From: Anaeromyxobacter sp.
GTDB lineage: Bacteria; Myxococcota; Myxococcia; Myxococcales; Anaeromyxobacteraceae
Reading direction: 5' to 3'
Length of the DNA stretch: 64,000 nt
NCBI GenBank assembly: GCA_049840735.1
Contig: JASGJN010000013.1
Location: 608,001-672,000, forward strand
This document shows positions 1 through 9,630 of the stretch, piece after piece. The position numbers and the translations under genes were made by a program. The notes under the pieces are model-generated. The model saw nothing but the letters and a program-made list of their open reading frames with translations, did no database searches and had not been told where the DNA came from. Each line of letters opens with the position of its first letter. The first letter of the stretch is position 1.

Positions 1-206
1 GCGTCGGAGGCGCGCGACAGCTCCTCCTCCAGCGCGCTGTTGGCGGCCTCGATCTGCTCCTCGAAGAGGGAGCGGAGCACCACCGCGCCCGCGCCGTGGC
101 CCTCGGCCATCTGGAGGTTCTCGAGCCGGTTGGACAGCGCGGAGCTGGCCAGCACGAGCGGCGTCGGCAGCGGAAGCCCCATGTAATCGGTGACCAGCTC
201 GGCCAT
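1..206 (-). CDS. Dihydroorotate dehydrogenase-like flavoprotein, N-terminal part (runs off window)
   Basis: Manual translation MAELVTDYMGLPLPTPLVLASSALSNRLENLQMAEGHGAGAVVLRSLFEEQI; GAGAVVLxSLFEEQI is typical of the DHOD-like family; GGAGGG RBS upstream. Confidence 0.8.
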   Translation of the reverse strand, partial: MAELVTDYMGLPLPTPLVLASSALSNRLENLQMAEGHGAGAVVLRSLFEEQIEAANSALEEELSRASD

Positions 207-339
207 GGCGTATCCCTCCGCCGTCGATGGATACCGGGCCCGGGGCCGGGAAGCCATCGGAAAAGCGCCGGCCGGCGGGCGTGCCCGGACCGGGCGGCGA
301 GGGACGGGGCGGTTAAATCCCAGGCCGGAGGAGCCCACC

Positions 340-840
340 ATGTCCCGCACCCACGTCCTCGAGCGCTCGCAGCTCGTCCCGCGCCCCCGCGCCGAGGTGT
401 TCGCGTTCTTCGCCGACGCGCACAACCTCGAAGCCATCACCCCGGGCTTCCTCCGCTTCCGCGTCACCACCCCCGGGCCCATCCCCATGGCCGAGGGGAC
501 GCTGATCGAGTACCGGCTGGCGCTGTTCGGCCTGCCCTTCGGCTGGCGCACGCGCATCGACGCCTGGGAGCCGGGGCGGCTCTTCGTGGACCGGCAGCTG
601 CGCGGCCCCTACCGCCGCTGGCGCCACACGCACGCCTTCGCCGACGCGCCCGGCGGGACGCGGGTGGAGGACCGCGTCGAGTACCAGCTGCCGCTGGGGC
701 CGCTGGGCGATCTGGCCCACGCCCTGCTGGTGCGGCGCACGCTGGCCGCCATCTTCGATCACCGCGCCGCGCGGATCTCGGCGCTGCTCGCGCCCGCGGG
801 CGCGCCGATCAGCGCTTCGCCGGCGCCGGATGCACGGTGA
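340..840 (+). CDS. SRPBCC (START-like) family protein
   Basis: MSRTHVLERSQLVPRPRAEVFAFFADAHNLEAITP...FVDRQLRGPYRRWRHTH; GGAGGAG RBS. Confidence 0.85.
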   Translation: MSRTHVLERSQLVPRPRAEVFAFFADAHNLEAITPGFLRFRVTTPGPIPMAEGTLIEYRLALFGLPFGWRTRIDAWEPGRLFVDRQLRGPYRRWRHTHAFADAPGGTRVEDRVEYQLPLGPLGDLAHALLVRRTLAAIFDHRAARISALLAPAGAPISASPAPDAR

Positions 841-1270
841 GCACCGGGCAGCGCGCCTTGCGCACCACCCGCTCGGCGATGGAGCCCATCAGCGCGTGCT
901 CCAGGCCGCTCCGCCCGTGCGTGCCCAGCACCAGCAGGTCCACGCCGTTCTCGGCGGCGTGGGCGATGATCTCGCCGGCCGGCTCGCCCACCGCGGTGGC
1001 GGCGGTGACGCGCGGGGCGCCCAGCTTGGCCGCGTCCTCGCGCCACTCGCCCACGTGGCGGGTGGCCTGGTCGGCCAGCTCCTGCAGCATCCTGGGGCTC
1101 GCCACCACCGAGCCGTCCGGGAAGGTGTAGCCGGGGATCGGGTAGGCATGGAGCAGCACCAGGTCGGCGTCGAAGCGGCGGGCGAGGTCGGCGGCCACCT
1201 CCATGGCGGCACGCGACGCGTCGGAGAAGTCGATCGGGCAGCAGATCCGCTTCCAGTCGGCGGCGGGCAT
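809..1270 (-). CDS. Universal stress protein (UspA family)
   Basis: ICCPIDFS...DLLVLGTHGRSGLEHALMGSIAERVVRKARCPVLTV. Confidence 0.93.
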   Translation of the reverse strand: MPAADWKRICCPIDFSDASRAAMEVAADLARRFDADLVLLHAYPIPGYTFPDGSVVASPRMLQELADQATRHVGEWREDAAKLGAPRVTAATAVGEPAGEIIAHAAENGVDLLVLGTHGRSGLEHALMGSIAERVVRKARCPVLTVHPAPAKR

Positions 1271-1406
1271 GTCCAGATACCTCCTCTCCCACGATGGTAC
1301 GCCCGCCCGCGGCCGGCGGCGCGCTGGAGTGCGGCCCCACCCCCGCGTGACCGCGGGCCAGGCCTCGCACGGGCCATGCAGGGGTGAGAGGTGGTAGAAG
1401 GCCCGC

Positions 1407-2297
1407 GTGTCGAACCCCCGCGCCGCCCTCCCCTACGCCGTCGCCGCCTATCTCTCCTGGGGGTTCCTCCCCATCTACTTCAAGGCGCTGCACGGCGTGC
1501 CGCCGGTGGAGATCCTGGCCCACCGCGTGGCCTGGTCGATGCTGCTGCTCTCGGTGCTGGTGGTGGCCATGGGCCGGGCGGCCGCGCTGCGCGAGGCGCT
1601 GGGGCCGGGCAAGCGCGGCGCGCTGGTCGCGAGCACGCTCCTCATCGCCGTCAACTGGCTGCTCTACATCTGGGCGGTGCAGGCGGGCCGGGTGCTGGAG
1701 GCGAGCCTCGGCTACTTCATCAACCCGCTCGTCAACGTGCTGCTCGGGCGCTGGTTCCTGGGCGAGCGGCTCACGCGCCGCCAGGCCTTTGCGGTGGGGC
1801 TGGCCGCGGCGGGCGTGCTGGCGCTGGTGATCCGCCAGGGGACCTTCCCCTGGGTGGCGCTGGTGCTGGCCCTCTCCTTCGGCAGCTACGGCCTGGTGCG
1901 CAAGCGGGCGGGCATCGACCCGGTCGCCGGGCTGCTGGCCGAGACGGCGCTGCTGGCGCCGTTCGCGCTGGGCCTCTTGGGCTGGCGCGCGGTCTCCGGC
2001 ACCGGCGCGTTCGGCTCGGGCGCCGGGGTGAGCGCGCTGCTGGCGGCGGCCGGCGTGATCACCGCGCTGCCGCTGGTCTGGTTCGCGGTGGGCGTGCGCC
2101 ACCTGCGCCTCTCCACCATGGGGATCGTCCAGTACCTGGCCCCCACCGGTCAGTTCCTGCTGGCGGTCCTGCTCTACCGCGAGCCGTTCACGGCCGCGCA
2201 TGCGCTGGCCTTCGGCTGCATCTGGTCGGCGCTGGGGCTCTACACCTGGGAGGCGCTGGCCCGCACGCGCGTCCTGGTGGTGGAGCCGGAGCCGTAG
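1407..2297 (+). CDS. rarD: EamA/DMT family transporter RarD
   Basis: WGFLPIYFK, EILAHR, EASLGYFINPLVNVLLG, QYLAPTGQFLLAV motifs. Confidence 0.92.
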   Translation: MSNPRAALPYAVAAYLSWGFLPIYFKALHGVPPVEILAHRVAWSMLLLSVLVVAMGRAAALREALGPGKRGALVASTLLIAVNWLLYIWAVQAGRVLEASLGYFINPLVNVLLGRWFLGERLTRRQAFAVGLAAAGVLALVIRQGTFPWVALVLALSFGSYGLVRKRAGIDPVAGLLAETALLAPFALGLLGWRAVSGTGAFGSGAGVSALLAAAGVITALPLVWFAVGVRHLRLSTMGIVQYLAPTGQFLLAVLLYREPFTAAHALAFGCIWSALGLYTWEALARTRVLVVEPEP

Positions 2298-2363
2298 GGC
2301 TCGCCGGCCACCCCGCCCCACATCGACGCCGCGGTGGGCGGCGCGGTAAGGTCCGCGCGTTCC

Positions 2364-3437
2364 ATGCCTTCCGATACCGCCGCCCCGCCCCCCGCCTCGC
2401 CCGCCGCCGACGACGCCGCACCGGCCCTTGGCGCCCGCTGGACCAACCCCTGGCGCCACCTCCCGCGCGTGCGCTGGGCGGTGCAGCTCGCCTACCTGGG
2501 CTTCACGCTGCTGGTGGGCTGGCAGTTCTCGCGCTTCGTGGCGGCGGCGCTGGCGAGCGGCCCGCTGGACGTGGAGCGGCCGCCGGCGGTGGAGGGGTTC
2601 CTGCCCATCGCCGCGCTGGTGGGGCTGAAGCGCTTCCTGCTCACGCGCTACTGGGACCAGGTCCACCCGGCCGGCCTGACGCTGCTGCTGGCCGCGCTCG
2701 CCACGGCCTTCGTGGCGCGCAAGGGGTTCTGCAGCTGGGTCTGCCCGGTGGGCACGCTCTCGCGCCTGGCAGAGGAGGCGGGGAAGCGGCTCCTGTGGCG
2801 GCGCCGCGGCTTCCCGGTGGTGCCGCGCTGGCTGGACCTGCCGCTCTGTGGCCTCAAGTACCTGCTGCTGGCCTTCTTCGCGGTGAGCGTCTTCGTGGTG
2901 ATGCCGCTCCCGGCGGCCGAGGCGTTCCTCGGCTCGCCCTACAACGTGGCGGCCGACGCGAAGATGCTGGCCTTCTTCACCCACCCGTCCTCGGTCGCGC
3001 TCTCGGTGATGGGCGGGCTGGTGGCGCTCTCGCTGGTGGTGAAGCACGCCTGGTGCCGCTGGCTCTGCCCCTACGGCGCGCTGCTGGGCCTCTCGAGCCT
3101 GGCCTCGCCGGTCCGGATCCGGCGCGACCCGGACGCCTGCAACGACTGCCGGGCCTGCACCCGCGCCTGCCCCGCCGCCATCCCGGTCCATTCGCGGCTG
3201 CGGGTGCTCTCCGCCGAGTGCACCGGCTGCATGTCCTGCGTGGCGGCCTGCACCACCGCCGACTGCCTGGGCGTGACCGGCAAGGGCCAGCGCCGCTGGT
3301 CGGCCTGGTGGGTGCCGGCGCTGGTGCTGGGCACCATGCTGGGCTTCTGGGCGGTGGCCCGCCTGTCCGGCTTCTGGCACACGGACGTGCCCGCCGAGAC
3401 CTTCCGCCAGCTCTACCGGCTCATGGGCGTGGGATAG
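2364..3437 (+). CDS. Membrane 4Fe-4S binding protein (NapH/MauN-like polyferredoxin)
   Basis: Two CxxxCPxG motifs, CNDCRACTRACP and CTGCMSCVAAC, several TM helices; start uncertain (2334 or 2364). Confidence 0.85.
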   Translation: MPSDTAAPPPASPAADDAAPALGARWTNPWRHLPRVRWAVQLAYLGFTLLVGWQFSRFVAAALASGPLDVERPPAVEGFLPIAALVGLKRFLLTRYWDQVHPAGLTLLLAALATAFVARKGFCSWVCPVGTLSRLAEEAGKRLLWRRRGFPVVPRWLDLPLCGLKYLLLAFFAVSVFVVMPLPAAEAFLGSPYNVAADAKMLAFFTHPSSVALSVMGGLVALSLVVKHAWCRWLCPYGALLGLSSLASPVRIRRDPDACNDCRACTRACPAAIPVHSRLRVLSAECTGCMSCVAACTTADCLGVTGKGQRRWSAWWVPALVLGTMLGFWAVARLSGFWHTDVPAETFRQLYRLMGVG

Positions 3438-4257
3438 CCCGCTCCCGCGCGATCCGGTCCAGCAGCGCCGCCAGCCGCACGCCGGCGCGCTCGAGCGCCA
3501 GCGCGGTGCGCTCCCGCTGCGTCCCGGCATAGCCGCGATCCAGGCGCAGGATGCTTCTCTCCCCGGGCACGCGGTCCAGCTCGGCGTAGATGGCCTGCGC
3601 CTCGGCGTTCGATCCCTCGGCCCACTGCGCCGGCGTGAGCTGCGCGGCCCAGGCGCGGGCCTGCTCCGCGGTGACGGCCTGGCCCAGCGCGCGCCCCACC
3701 TCGCGCCGGCCGCCGTGCTTCACCAGCGCGTCGACCACGTCGTGGTCCCAGATCTCGTGGAAGTTGCCCGGCTGGCGCGACTTGCCCTTGCGCACCCGCA
3801 GCTCGTTGCCGCCGCGGTCGCGACCGTCGCCGGCGTGGAGCGGCTGGTGCAGGTCGGCGGTCAGGTGGATGAGCCAGCGCAGCGCGTCGGCGCGATCCAT
3901 GGCGCTCCCGCCGCGCCGCAGCACCTGCTCGAACCGCGAGATGGCCTCGACGGCGCAGCCCTTGGCGCAGTCGCGCGAGGAGAGGTATTGCGCGCCGAAG
4001 GGGATGTTCACGTAGTGCCAGCGCCTGGTCTCCTTGTCCTTCTGCGCGTCGGCCCAGCTGGCGACGTCCGGATCCGACATGGGCACCTCGCCCAGGATCT
4101 CGGTCACCATCTGGCGCGCCTCGGGGGAGAGCCGCTCCTCCGCGATGACCGCCACCACCACGTGGCCGTCCTTGCCCCAGGCCTGCGTGACGCGCGGCGC
4201 CAGGCCTGCGACGAGGGCGAGCGTGAGCTGCAGGAAGCGCAGGCGGGCGGAGGGCAT
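3421..4257 (-). CDS. S1/P1 nuclease, secreted
   Basis: Signal peptide then WGKDGH; WAD, WHYVN, HLTADLHQPLH, GGN, NFHEIWD zinc-ligand motifs. Confidence 0.93.
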   Translation of the reverse strand: MPSARLRFLQLTLALVAGLAPRVTQAWGKDGHVVVAVIAEERLSPEARQMVTEILGEVPMSDPDVASWADAQKDKETRRWHYVNIPFGAQYLSSRDCAKGCAVEAISRFEQVLRRGGSAMDRADALRWLIHLTADLHQPLHAGDGRDRGGNELRVRKGKSRQPGNFHEIWDHDVVDALVKHGGRREVGRALGQAVTAEQARAWAAQLTPAQWAEGSNAEAQAIYAELDRVPGERSILRLDRGYAGTQRERTALALERAGVRLAALLDRIARERAIPRP

Positions 4258-4400
4258 GCCTCACCCTACCCCGCCCGGCGGACATGCGCAGGGGGCTTCG
4301 CTCCCCTTCCGAGCCACCCCGAGGAATCCTTCCGATCGGCCTCCCGCGGCACCCGGTCCGTGAACAATGGAAGGGGAAACCCGTTTGCTGGGAGGTTCCC

Positions 4401-4871
4401 ATGATCCCGGACCCGGTGGACCACTACCTGCACACCCACCACCCGTCGTGCGAGCACTCGTCCCACCTGCGCGCGGTCACCGCGCAGCGCGTCGCCGCCG
4501 CCGAGCACGTCAGCGGCACGCGCCTGGCGAAGCCGGTGGTGGTCCGGCTCGGGGAGCGGCTGGTGCTGGCGGTCATCGGCGCCGACCGCAAGCTCGACCT
4601 GGAGGTCCTCTCGGCGGTCTGCGGCGGTCTCCCCGCCGAGCTGGCGCCCGAGCAGACGTTCGCCGAGCGCTTCGCGCCCTGCGAGCCCGGCGCCGAGCCG
4701 CCGCTCAACATGTTCGGCCTGCCGCTGTACGTCGACGCCGCGCTGGCCCGCGAGCCGTGGGTGGTGATGCGCGCCGGCACGCACGAGGACACGGTCCGCA
4801 TGTCCACCGACGAGTGGCTGGAGCAGGAGGACGCCCGGGTGGTGGAGGGGCTGGGGCGGCACCACCTGTAG
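4401..4871 (+). CDS. YbaK/EbsC (ProXp-like) aminoacyl-tRNA deacylase
   Basis: TAQRVAAAEHVSG, LAKPVVV, FAPCEPGAEPP, AGTHED; GGAGG RBS. Confidence 0.85.
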   Translation: MIPDPVDHYLHTHHPSCEHSSHLRAVTAQRVAAAEHVSGTRLAKPVVVRLGERLVLAVIGADRKLDLEVLSAVCGGLPAELAPEQTFAERFAPCEPGAEPPLNMFGLPLYVDAALAREPWVVMRAGTHEDTVRMSTDEWLEQEDARVVEGLGRHHL

Positions 4872-4891
4872 CCCGACGATCACCCCCTGGG

Positions 4892-5039
4892 CTTCGACTC
4901 CGCGAGCCCTGCGGGCTCGCTACGCTCAGCCCGAACGGGGGCGAAGCCCGTTCGCCGTGAGAGGTTCGCTTCGCCAAGCCAGAACGCCCGACCCCGTTCG
5001 CCCTGAGCGTAGCGGCGCGAAGCGCCGCGGAGTCGAAGG
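4892..5039. repeat. Inverted pair of REP-like elements (BIME-like)
   Basis: CTTCGACTCC-[hairpin]-TACGCTCAG-NNCGAACGGGG at 4892-4940 (+) and 4992-5039 (-), with a partial copy between. Confidence 0.8.
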
Positions 5040-5056
5040 GCAGGCGCCGATCGGCC

Positions 5057-5550
5057 TCACGCCCCGGCGACGATCAGCGCGCCCTTGGCGCCGTCGTCGC
5101 CGCCGGCCCAGACCAGCACGCTGCCGCCGCCCGCGTAGCGGCGGGCGATGGCGCGGTGCGCGAGCACGGCCGCGGTCAGCGGGAAGGCGGTGCCCAGCTC
5201 GCCCAGCGAGGTGGCGGGGAGGAGCAGCGGCGTCTCCCGGACGTGCGCCGGCAGCCGCGTCAGCGCCAGCCCCCACTCGCGCGCCCGCCAACCGTCGCCG
5301 TTGAGCGAGCCGATGAGCCGGGTGGGCGGCACCGGGGCCGCCGCCAGCGCCGCCTCCACCGCGGCGCGCAGCGCGACGGCGGGCGGGGCGTTGGTGGCCA
5401 GCCGGTGCTCCGGCTCGCGCTGGACGGTGGGGCCCCAGATCGTCGCCAGCACCGGTGCCCGGCGCCGCTCGGCGGCGCGCCGGCGCTCCACCACCAGCAA
5501 GGCGGCGGCCTCGCCCGGCATGAACCCGACCGGATCCTCGGGTCGAAGCC
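5057..5550 (-). pseudogene. C-terminal fragment of a beta-ketoacyl-synthase-like protein of the type found in T6SS/PAAR effector loci
   Basis: PEDPVGFMPGEAAALLVVE...LNGDGWRAREWG...PATSLGELGTA; N-terminal half absent, joined directly to the upstream immunity gene. Confidence 0.65.
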
Positions 5551-6090
5551 GTCCGCGTCGCGGCGGTGGAGCGCCAGGCAGGCGGCGGTGCGCGGGTCAT
5601 CGGCCGGGTCGCTCAGCTCCTCCAGCCGCACCAGCAGCGCGTCGGCCGCTGGTGCCGCCGGACGATCCGGCGCCACCAGCGCCAGGAGCAGCTGGGCGCG
5701 CAGGTACTCCGGCTCGGTCTCGTCCTCGCGCGACCAGCCCGGACGCGAGGCCCTCGCGATCCGGATTGCGGTCTCCTCGTCACCCGCGGCCACCGCGTCG
5801 TGGAAGGGGCGGCAGCGGCTGGCGCAGAGGTACTGGAAGTCCATCACCTGGTCCCAGCGGACCTCCTCCAGCACCGCCGCCTGCGCCAGCCCGCTGGCGC
5901 ACAGGTCGCGAAAGAACGCGCCGGTGTCGGCCTCGGCCAGCAGCTCCGCGATGGCCAGCTGGCGGTAGTGCTCGGCGATTCCGTCCACCGCCGCCGCGCG
6001 CACCTCGACCCGGGCCACGGTGCCGAGATGCCGGAGTAGCTCGTCCAGCCGGAAGGCCAGGTTGTCGCGCGCGACGTCGAGGTAGTTCAT
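5545..6090 (-). pseudogene. Immunity protein 49-like, C-terminally truncated
   Basis: Helical protein (LAIAELLAEADTGAFFRDL, PFHDAVAAGD) after Imm11; plausible coding ends at RRDADGFD, where the KS-like fragment starts in another frame. Confidence 0.6.
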
Positions 6091-6093
6091 GGC

Positions 6094-6681
6094 TCAGAGC
6101 AGGATGGGCGCGTCGAGCGGCCAGGTCTCCCAGCCGGTCACGCCGGCGGCCTTGAGCTTGGCCACCAGGTCGGAGCGGATGATCAGCAGGCCGGGCTGCT
6201 CCCGCAGGCGGAAGAGGCTGGGCTCGGGCGGGATCTTCTCCGGGTCGAGCACCAACCTCTCGAACGTGTGAACTTCGGCGGGATGCATGGGGTCGACGGT
6301 GAAGATGGACCGCTCACGATCGACGCACGCGTGGCTGCCAAGCAGGTGCGCCCACGTGTAATCCGAGGAGAACGGGTTCTTCTCCTGGTCCAGGATGGGG
6401 ATTGGATACCACTCCCATCCCAGGTGCGGTTCCGCCTCGAGCACGGCGCGCGCCTTCGCGTTGACGATCAGCGCCCGCATGATGTTCCCGAAGAAGTCGG
6501 CCAGCTTCGTCCCCTTCTTTCGCTTGGAGAGGGAGCAGGTGGCGGTCGCGGGCCAGTGGACCCCCACCGGAAGCACGCGCCGCAGATCCATCGGACGGTA
6601 CATGCCCCGGGGGCTGTCGTCGATCAGGGCAAAGCCCTGGGCGTTGGAGAGGTGGAAGATGGCATAGGTCGGGTCGTTCAT
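6094..6681 (-). CDS. Imm11 (DUF1629) family immunity protein
   Basis: LADFFGN, CVDRERS, LVLDPEKIPPEPSLFRL, LIIRSDLVAKLKAAGVTG; directly downstream of the AHH-like toxin. Confidence 0.8.
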   Translation of the reverse strand: MNDPTYAIFHLSNAQGFALIDDSPRGMYRPMDLRRVLPVGVHWPATATCSLSKRKKGTKLADFFGNIMRALIVNAKARAVLEAEPHLGWEWYPIPILDQEKNPFSSDYTWAHLLGSHACVDRERSIFTVDPMHPAEVHTFERLVLDPEKIPPEPSLFRLREQPGLLIIRSDLVAKLKAAGVTGWETWPLDAPILL

Positions 6682-6685
6682 CTGG

Positions 6686-7453
6686 TCACCTCGAAGCGGC
6701 GGCGAGCGCCGCGCGCTCCTCCTGCTGGATCCGAGCCTCCAAGGCCTGGCCGTATCTCTGGACCCGGTTGATGTGCTCGCCAGCGTTCTCCCGCCCCATC
6801 CGCTCCAGGAGCTTGAGTAACTGGTCGGAGATCATGTGCAGCCTCTCCGCGACGTTCCCGACGTTCTGGGCGTTCACCGGATGCGCCTCTGGCGACCCCA
6901 GCGCCTGCTTGAGCTCTTCCTTCAACCCGCTCAGCTTGTCCGACACGTATTCATCGTACGGCCCATGGTTGTTCGGATGGCAGGGCCACTTCACCACCCG
7001 GCCGACCCGGTACTGCTGCGGGCAGCAGCACGATGTTGCGCGCGTGGTTCAGGTTGTACTTCGCCACCATCAGCACCTGCAGCAGCTTGAGCCCGAAGTC
7101 CTCGTCCTGCAGCAACGAGAAGAGCATCTCGTTCGCGATCATGTGGTGCCAGTTGTGCAGGTAGGGGTGGTCGGGTCGACCGGCTTCCCCTGCTCCGGGG
7201 TCACGAAGCTCTTCACGACCTTGTTCGCGACCTTGCGGTCCCTGGGCGTGTACTGCACCCAGTCCACCTGCGCGAGATCGAAGCGCGCCGGGGCGTTGTA
7301 CCAGGCGGCCCGGGCGGTCGAGGTCACGGTGTAGCCGTTCTGCTCGTACTTGCACTCCGGGTTGCGGGCGCCCTGGTGGCGCACCACGCAGGCGCCGTCC
7401 TTGTGGTACTCGGCGTCGGTCAGCGCTTCGAGGTGGTCCCTGGACCCTGCCAC
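6686..7453 (-). pseudogene. AHH (HNH/EndoVII fold) nuclease toxin, split over three frames
   Basis: PYLHNWHHMIA...YNLNHARNIVLLP...WPCHPNNHGPYDEYV rebuilt from ORFs 7139-7453, 6951-7532 and 6686-6997; breaks near 7172 and 7020 (decay or sequencing error). Confidence 0.72.
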
Positions 7454-7545
7454 GGCGGCCTCCCCGGCGGTGTGCGCGGCGAAGGTCGCACGCCCGGCGG
7501 GAGCGCCACAAGGACTGAACGTGGATGCTCACCCGGGGTGCGCGC

Positions 7546-9042
7546 CTACGCCGCGCGCGACCCGCGTCCGGTCACCCGCACCGCCGCCCCGGCCAGCGCG
7601 CCCAGCGCTGCGCCGCGGGCCGCGTCGTGCAGCTGCGTGAGGCTGCCGGCGCCGCGCTCGGCGATGCGCAGCGCCAGGAAGCCGCTCAGGAAGCGGCCGG
7701 CGGTGGAGAGGACGAAGAGCAGCTCCAGGCCGTGGCCGCCGGGGAGGCCGAGCCGGGCCACCGCCGGCGGGAGCGCGGTGGCGAGGCTGCCGCCCAGCAG
7801 CGTGCCCAGCGCGTAGGCGCCGCCGCCGGCCATGGCGAAGGTGGCCAGGTAGAAGCTCCGGTCGCGCCGCGGCGCCACCGCCAGCGGCATGGCGAAGCTG
7901 GCCAGGGCGTGGCCGCTCCAGGCGATGCCGCCCACCAGCGCGTCGGCGGCGATGGGCCAGGGGAAGGCCGGCGTGGCGGCGAGCCAGCAGAGCGGCAGCA
8001 CCGCGGCGCCGAACGAGCAGGCCGCCAGCACCGGCCGCGCGCCGAAGCGGTCGATGGCCTTCCCCCACAGCGGCGCGGCCAGCACCTTCACCAGCGCGGC
8101 GGTGGCGGCCTGCAGCGCCACCACGGTGAAGCCCAGCCGGAGGTTCCGCAGCAGGTGGAGCACGAAGAAGGCGCCGGCCAGCCCCACCGAGGCGTTCCAG
8201 CAGAGCTGGTACACGAACAGCGGGCGCGCGGCGGGATCCCGCAGCGGCGCCAGCGCCGAGCGCAGCGAGGGGACCTGCCGCGGCGTGGGCCGGTCGTGCT
8301 GGCGCAGCATGCAGCCGGTGGTGAACAGCCCGGTCAGGCAGGCCAGCGCGGCCAGCGCCGCCAGCGCAAAGCCGGCGTCGCGGCGGGTGGTGAGCAGGTC
8401 GAGGAGCCGGGCCGTGCCCACGCCGGCGAGGACGCTCCCCAGCGTGCAGAGCGCGGTGCGCCGCCCGAAGTAGCGCCCGCGCAGCCGCTCCGGGACCAGC
8501 TCACCCATCCACGCGGTCCAGGCGTTGTTGCCCAGCACGCCCACCACGGCCGAGGACGCGGCCACCACCATCAGCAGCCAGCGGGCGGTCTGCGGCGCCA
8601 GGTCGAGGAACGGGAGCAGGGCCAGCGGCAGGAACGACTCGCGGCCGACGGCCACCGTGAGCACCGCCACCCGCCGACGGCCGAAGAGCGCCGTCACCCA
8701 GGCCGCCGGGAGCTGCACCACCTGCGCGAGCTGGGGGAGCGCGGCCAGGGAGCCCACCTCGAGCGGCGTGCACCCGAGGTGCAGGGCCCAGGCGGTTAGG
8801 AGCGTGGGGCCGACGCAGGCGGTGATCAGCTCGGCGCCGATCCCCTCCAGCGTGGAGGCGCGCAGCGAGCGGCGCAGCCGGCTGGCCGGGCCGTCGAGCC
8901 GGCCGCCGCCCACCAGCGGCGCCGCGGCCAGCAGGCCGTGCGCGGGCGCGGCCGCGAGCAGGGCCAGGCCGGACAGCAGCGCGGAGGGGAGCCGGCGGAG
9001 CGCGGCGACCGGGTGACGCCGCGCCCCCACGAGAGGAGGCAC
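7546..9042 (-). CDS. MFS transporter
   Basis: About 12 TM segments, WMGELVPERLRGRYFG, WGKAIDRFGARPVL; start uncertain. Confidence 0.88.
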   Translation of the reverse strand: MPPLVGARRHPVAALRRLPSALLSGLALLAAAPAHGLLAAAPLVGGGRLDGPASRLRRSLRASTLEGIGAELITACVGPTLLTAWALHLGCTPLEVGSLAALPQLAQVVQLPAAWVTALFGRRRVAVLTVAVGRESFLPLALLPFLDLAPQTARWLLMVVAASSAVVGVLGNNAWTAWMGELVPERLRGRYFGRRTALCTLGSVLAGVGTARLLDLLTTRRDAGFALAALAALACLTGLFTTGCMLRQHDRPTPRQVPSLRSALAPLRDPAARPLFVYQLCWNASVGLAGAFFVLHLLRNLRLGFTVVALQAATAALVKVLAAPLWGKAIDRFGARPVLAACSFGAAVLPLCWLAATPAFPWPIAADALVGGIAWSGHALASFAMPLAVAPRRDRSFYLATFAMAGGGAYALGTLLGGSLATALPPAVARLGLPGGHGLELLFVLSTAGRFLSGFLALRIAERGAGSLTQLHDAARGAALGALAGAAVRVTGRGSRAA

Positions 9043-9101
9043 GCCAGCGACCCTGCCATGGCGACCGCCGCCCCGTCAGGCGGCGAGCAAGCAGGCCCCC
9101 G

Positions 9102-9584
9102 TCACCTCTGCATGTGCTTCTGGTAGGTGCCGAGGAGCTGCGCCTGCGCGACCACATGCCCCTCCACCGCCGCCAGCAGCTCCTTGCGGCCCAGCGGCCC
9201 GCGGTCGCCCAGCGGCGCGTCCAGCGCGAAGAGCGTGAAGTAGTAGCGGTGCCGGCCGATGGGCGGGCAGGGGCCGCCCCAGCCCGTGCGCCGCCAGTCG
9301 TTGGTGCCCTGGCGCGTGCCGGGCGGCAGCGCGGCCGGCTTCACCGCCTCCGGCAGCCCGCCCGCGTCGGGCGGCATGTCGTACAGCACCCAGTGCGTGT
9401 AGATGCGCTGCGGCGCCTTCGGGTCGGGCGCGTCCGGATCGTCCACCAGCAGCGCGAGGCTGCGCGCCTCCGGCGGCACGCCGGCGAAGACCAGGGCCGG
9501 CGAGCGGTCGGCGCCCTCGCAGGTGAACGTGGTGGGGATCTCGCCGCCGTCGGCAAACGCGGGCGAGGTGAGCGTCATCGGCAT
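9102..9584 (-). CDS. YbhB/YbcL (PEBP/Raf kinase inhibitor-like) protein
   Basis: LTSPAF, DPDAP, THWVLYD, GGPCPPIGRHRYYFTLFALD; AGGAGG RBS. Confidence 0.93.
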   Translation of the reverse strand: MPMTLTSPAFADGGEIPTTFTCEGADRSPALVFAGVPPEARSLALLVDDPDAPDPKAPQRIYTHWVLYDMPPDAGGLPEAVKPAALPPGTRQGTNDWRRTGWGGPCPPIGRHRYYFTLFALDAPLGDRGPLGRKELLAAVEGHVVAQAQLLGTYQKHMQR

Positions 9585-9630
9585 GGGACCCTCCTGTGCG
9601 ACGCCCGGCGACGCCGGCACCCTGAGTCTA

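Noticed and set aside
3421..4871. S1/P1 nuclease plus YbaK as a defence module with the toxin islet
   Set aside because: The genes are divergent, the nuclease is secreted with host-like codon use, and REP elements separate them from the islet
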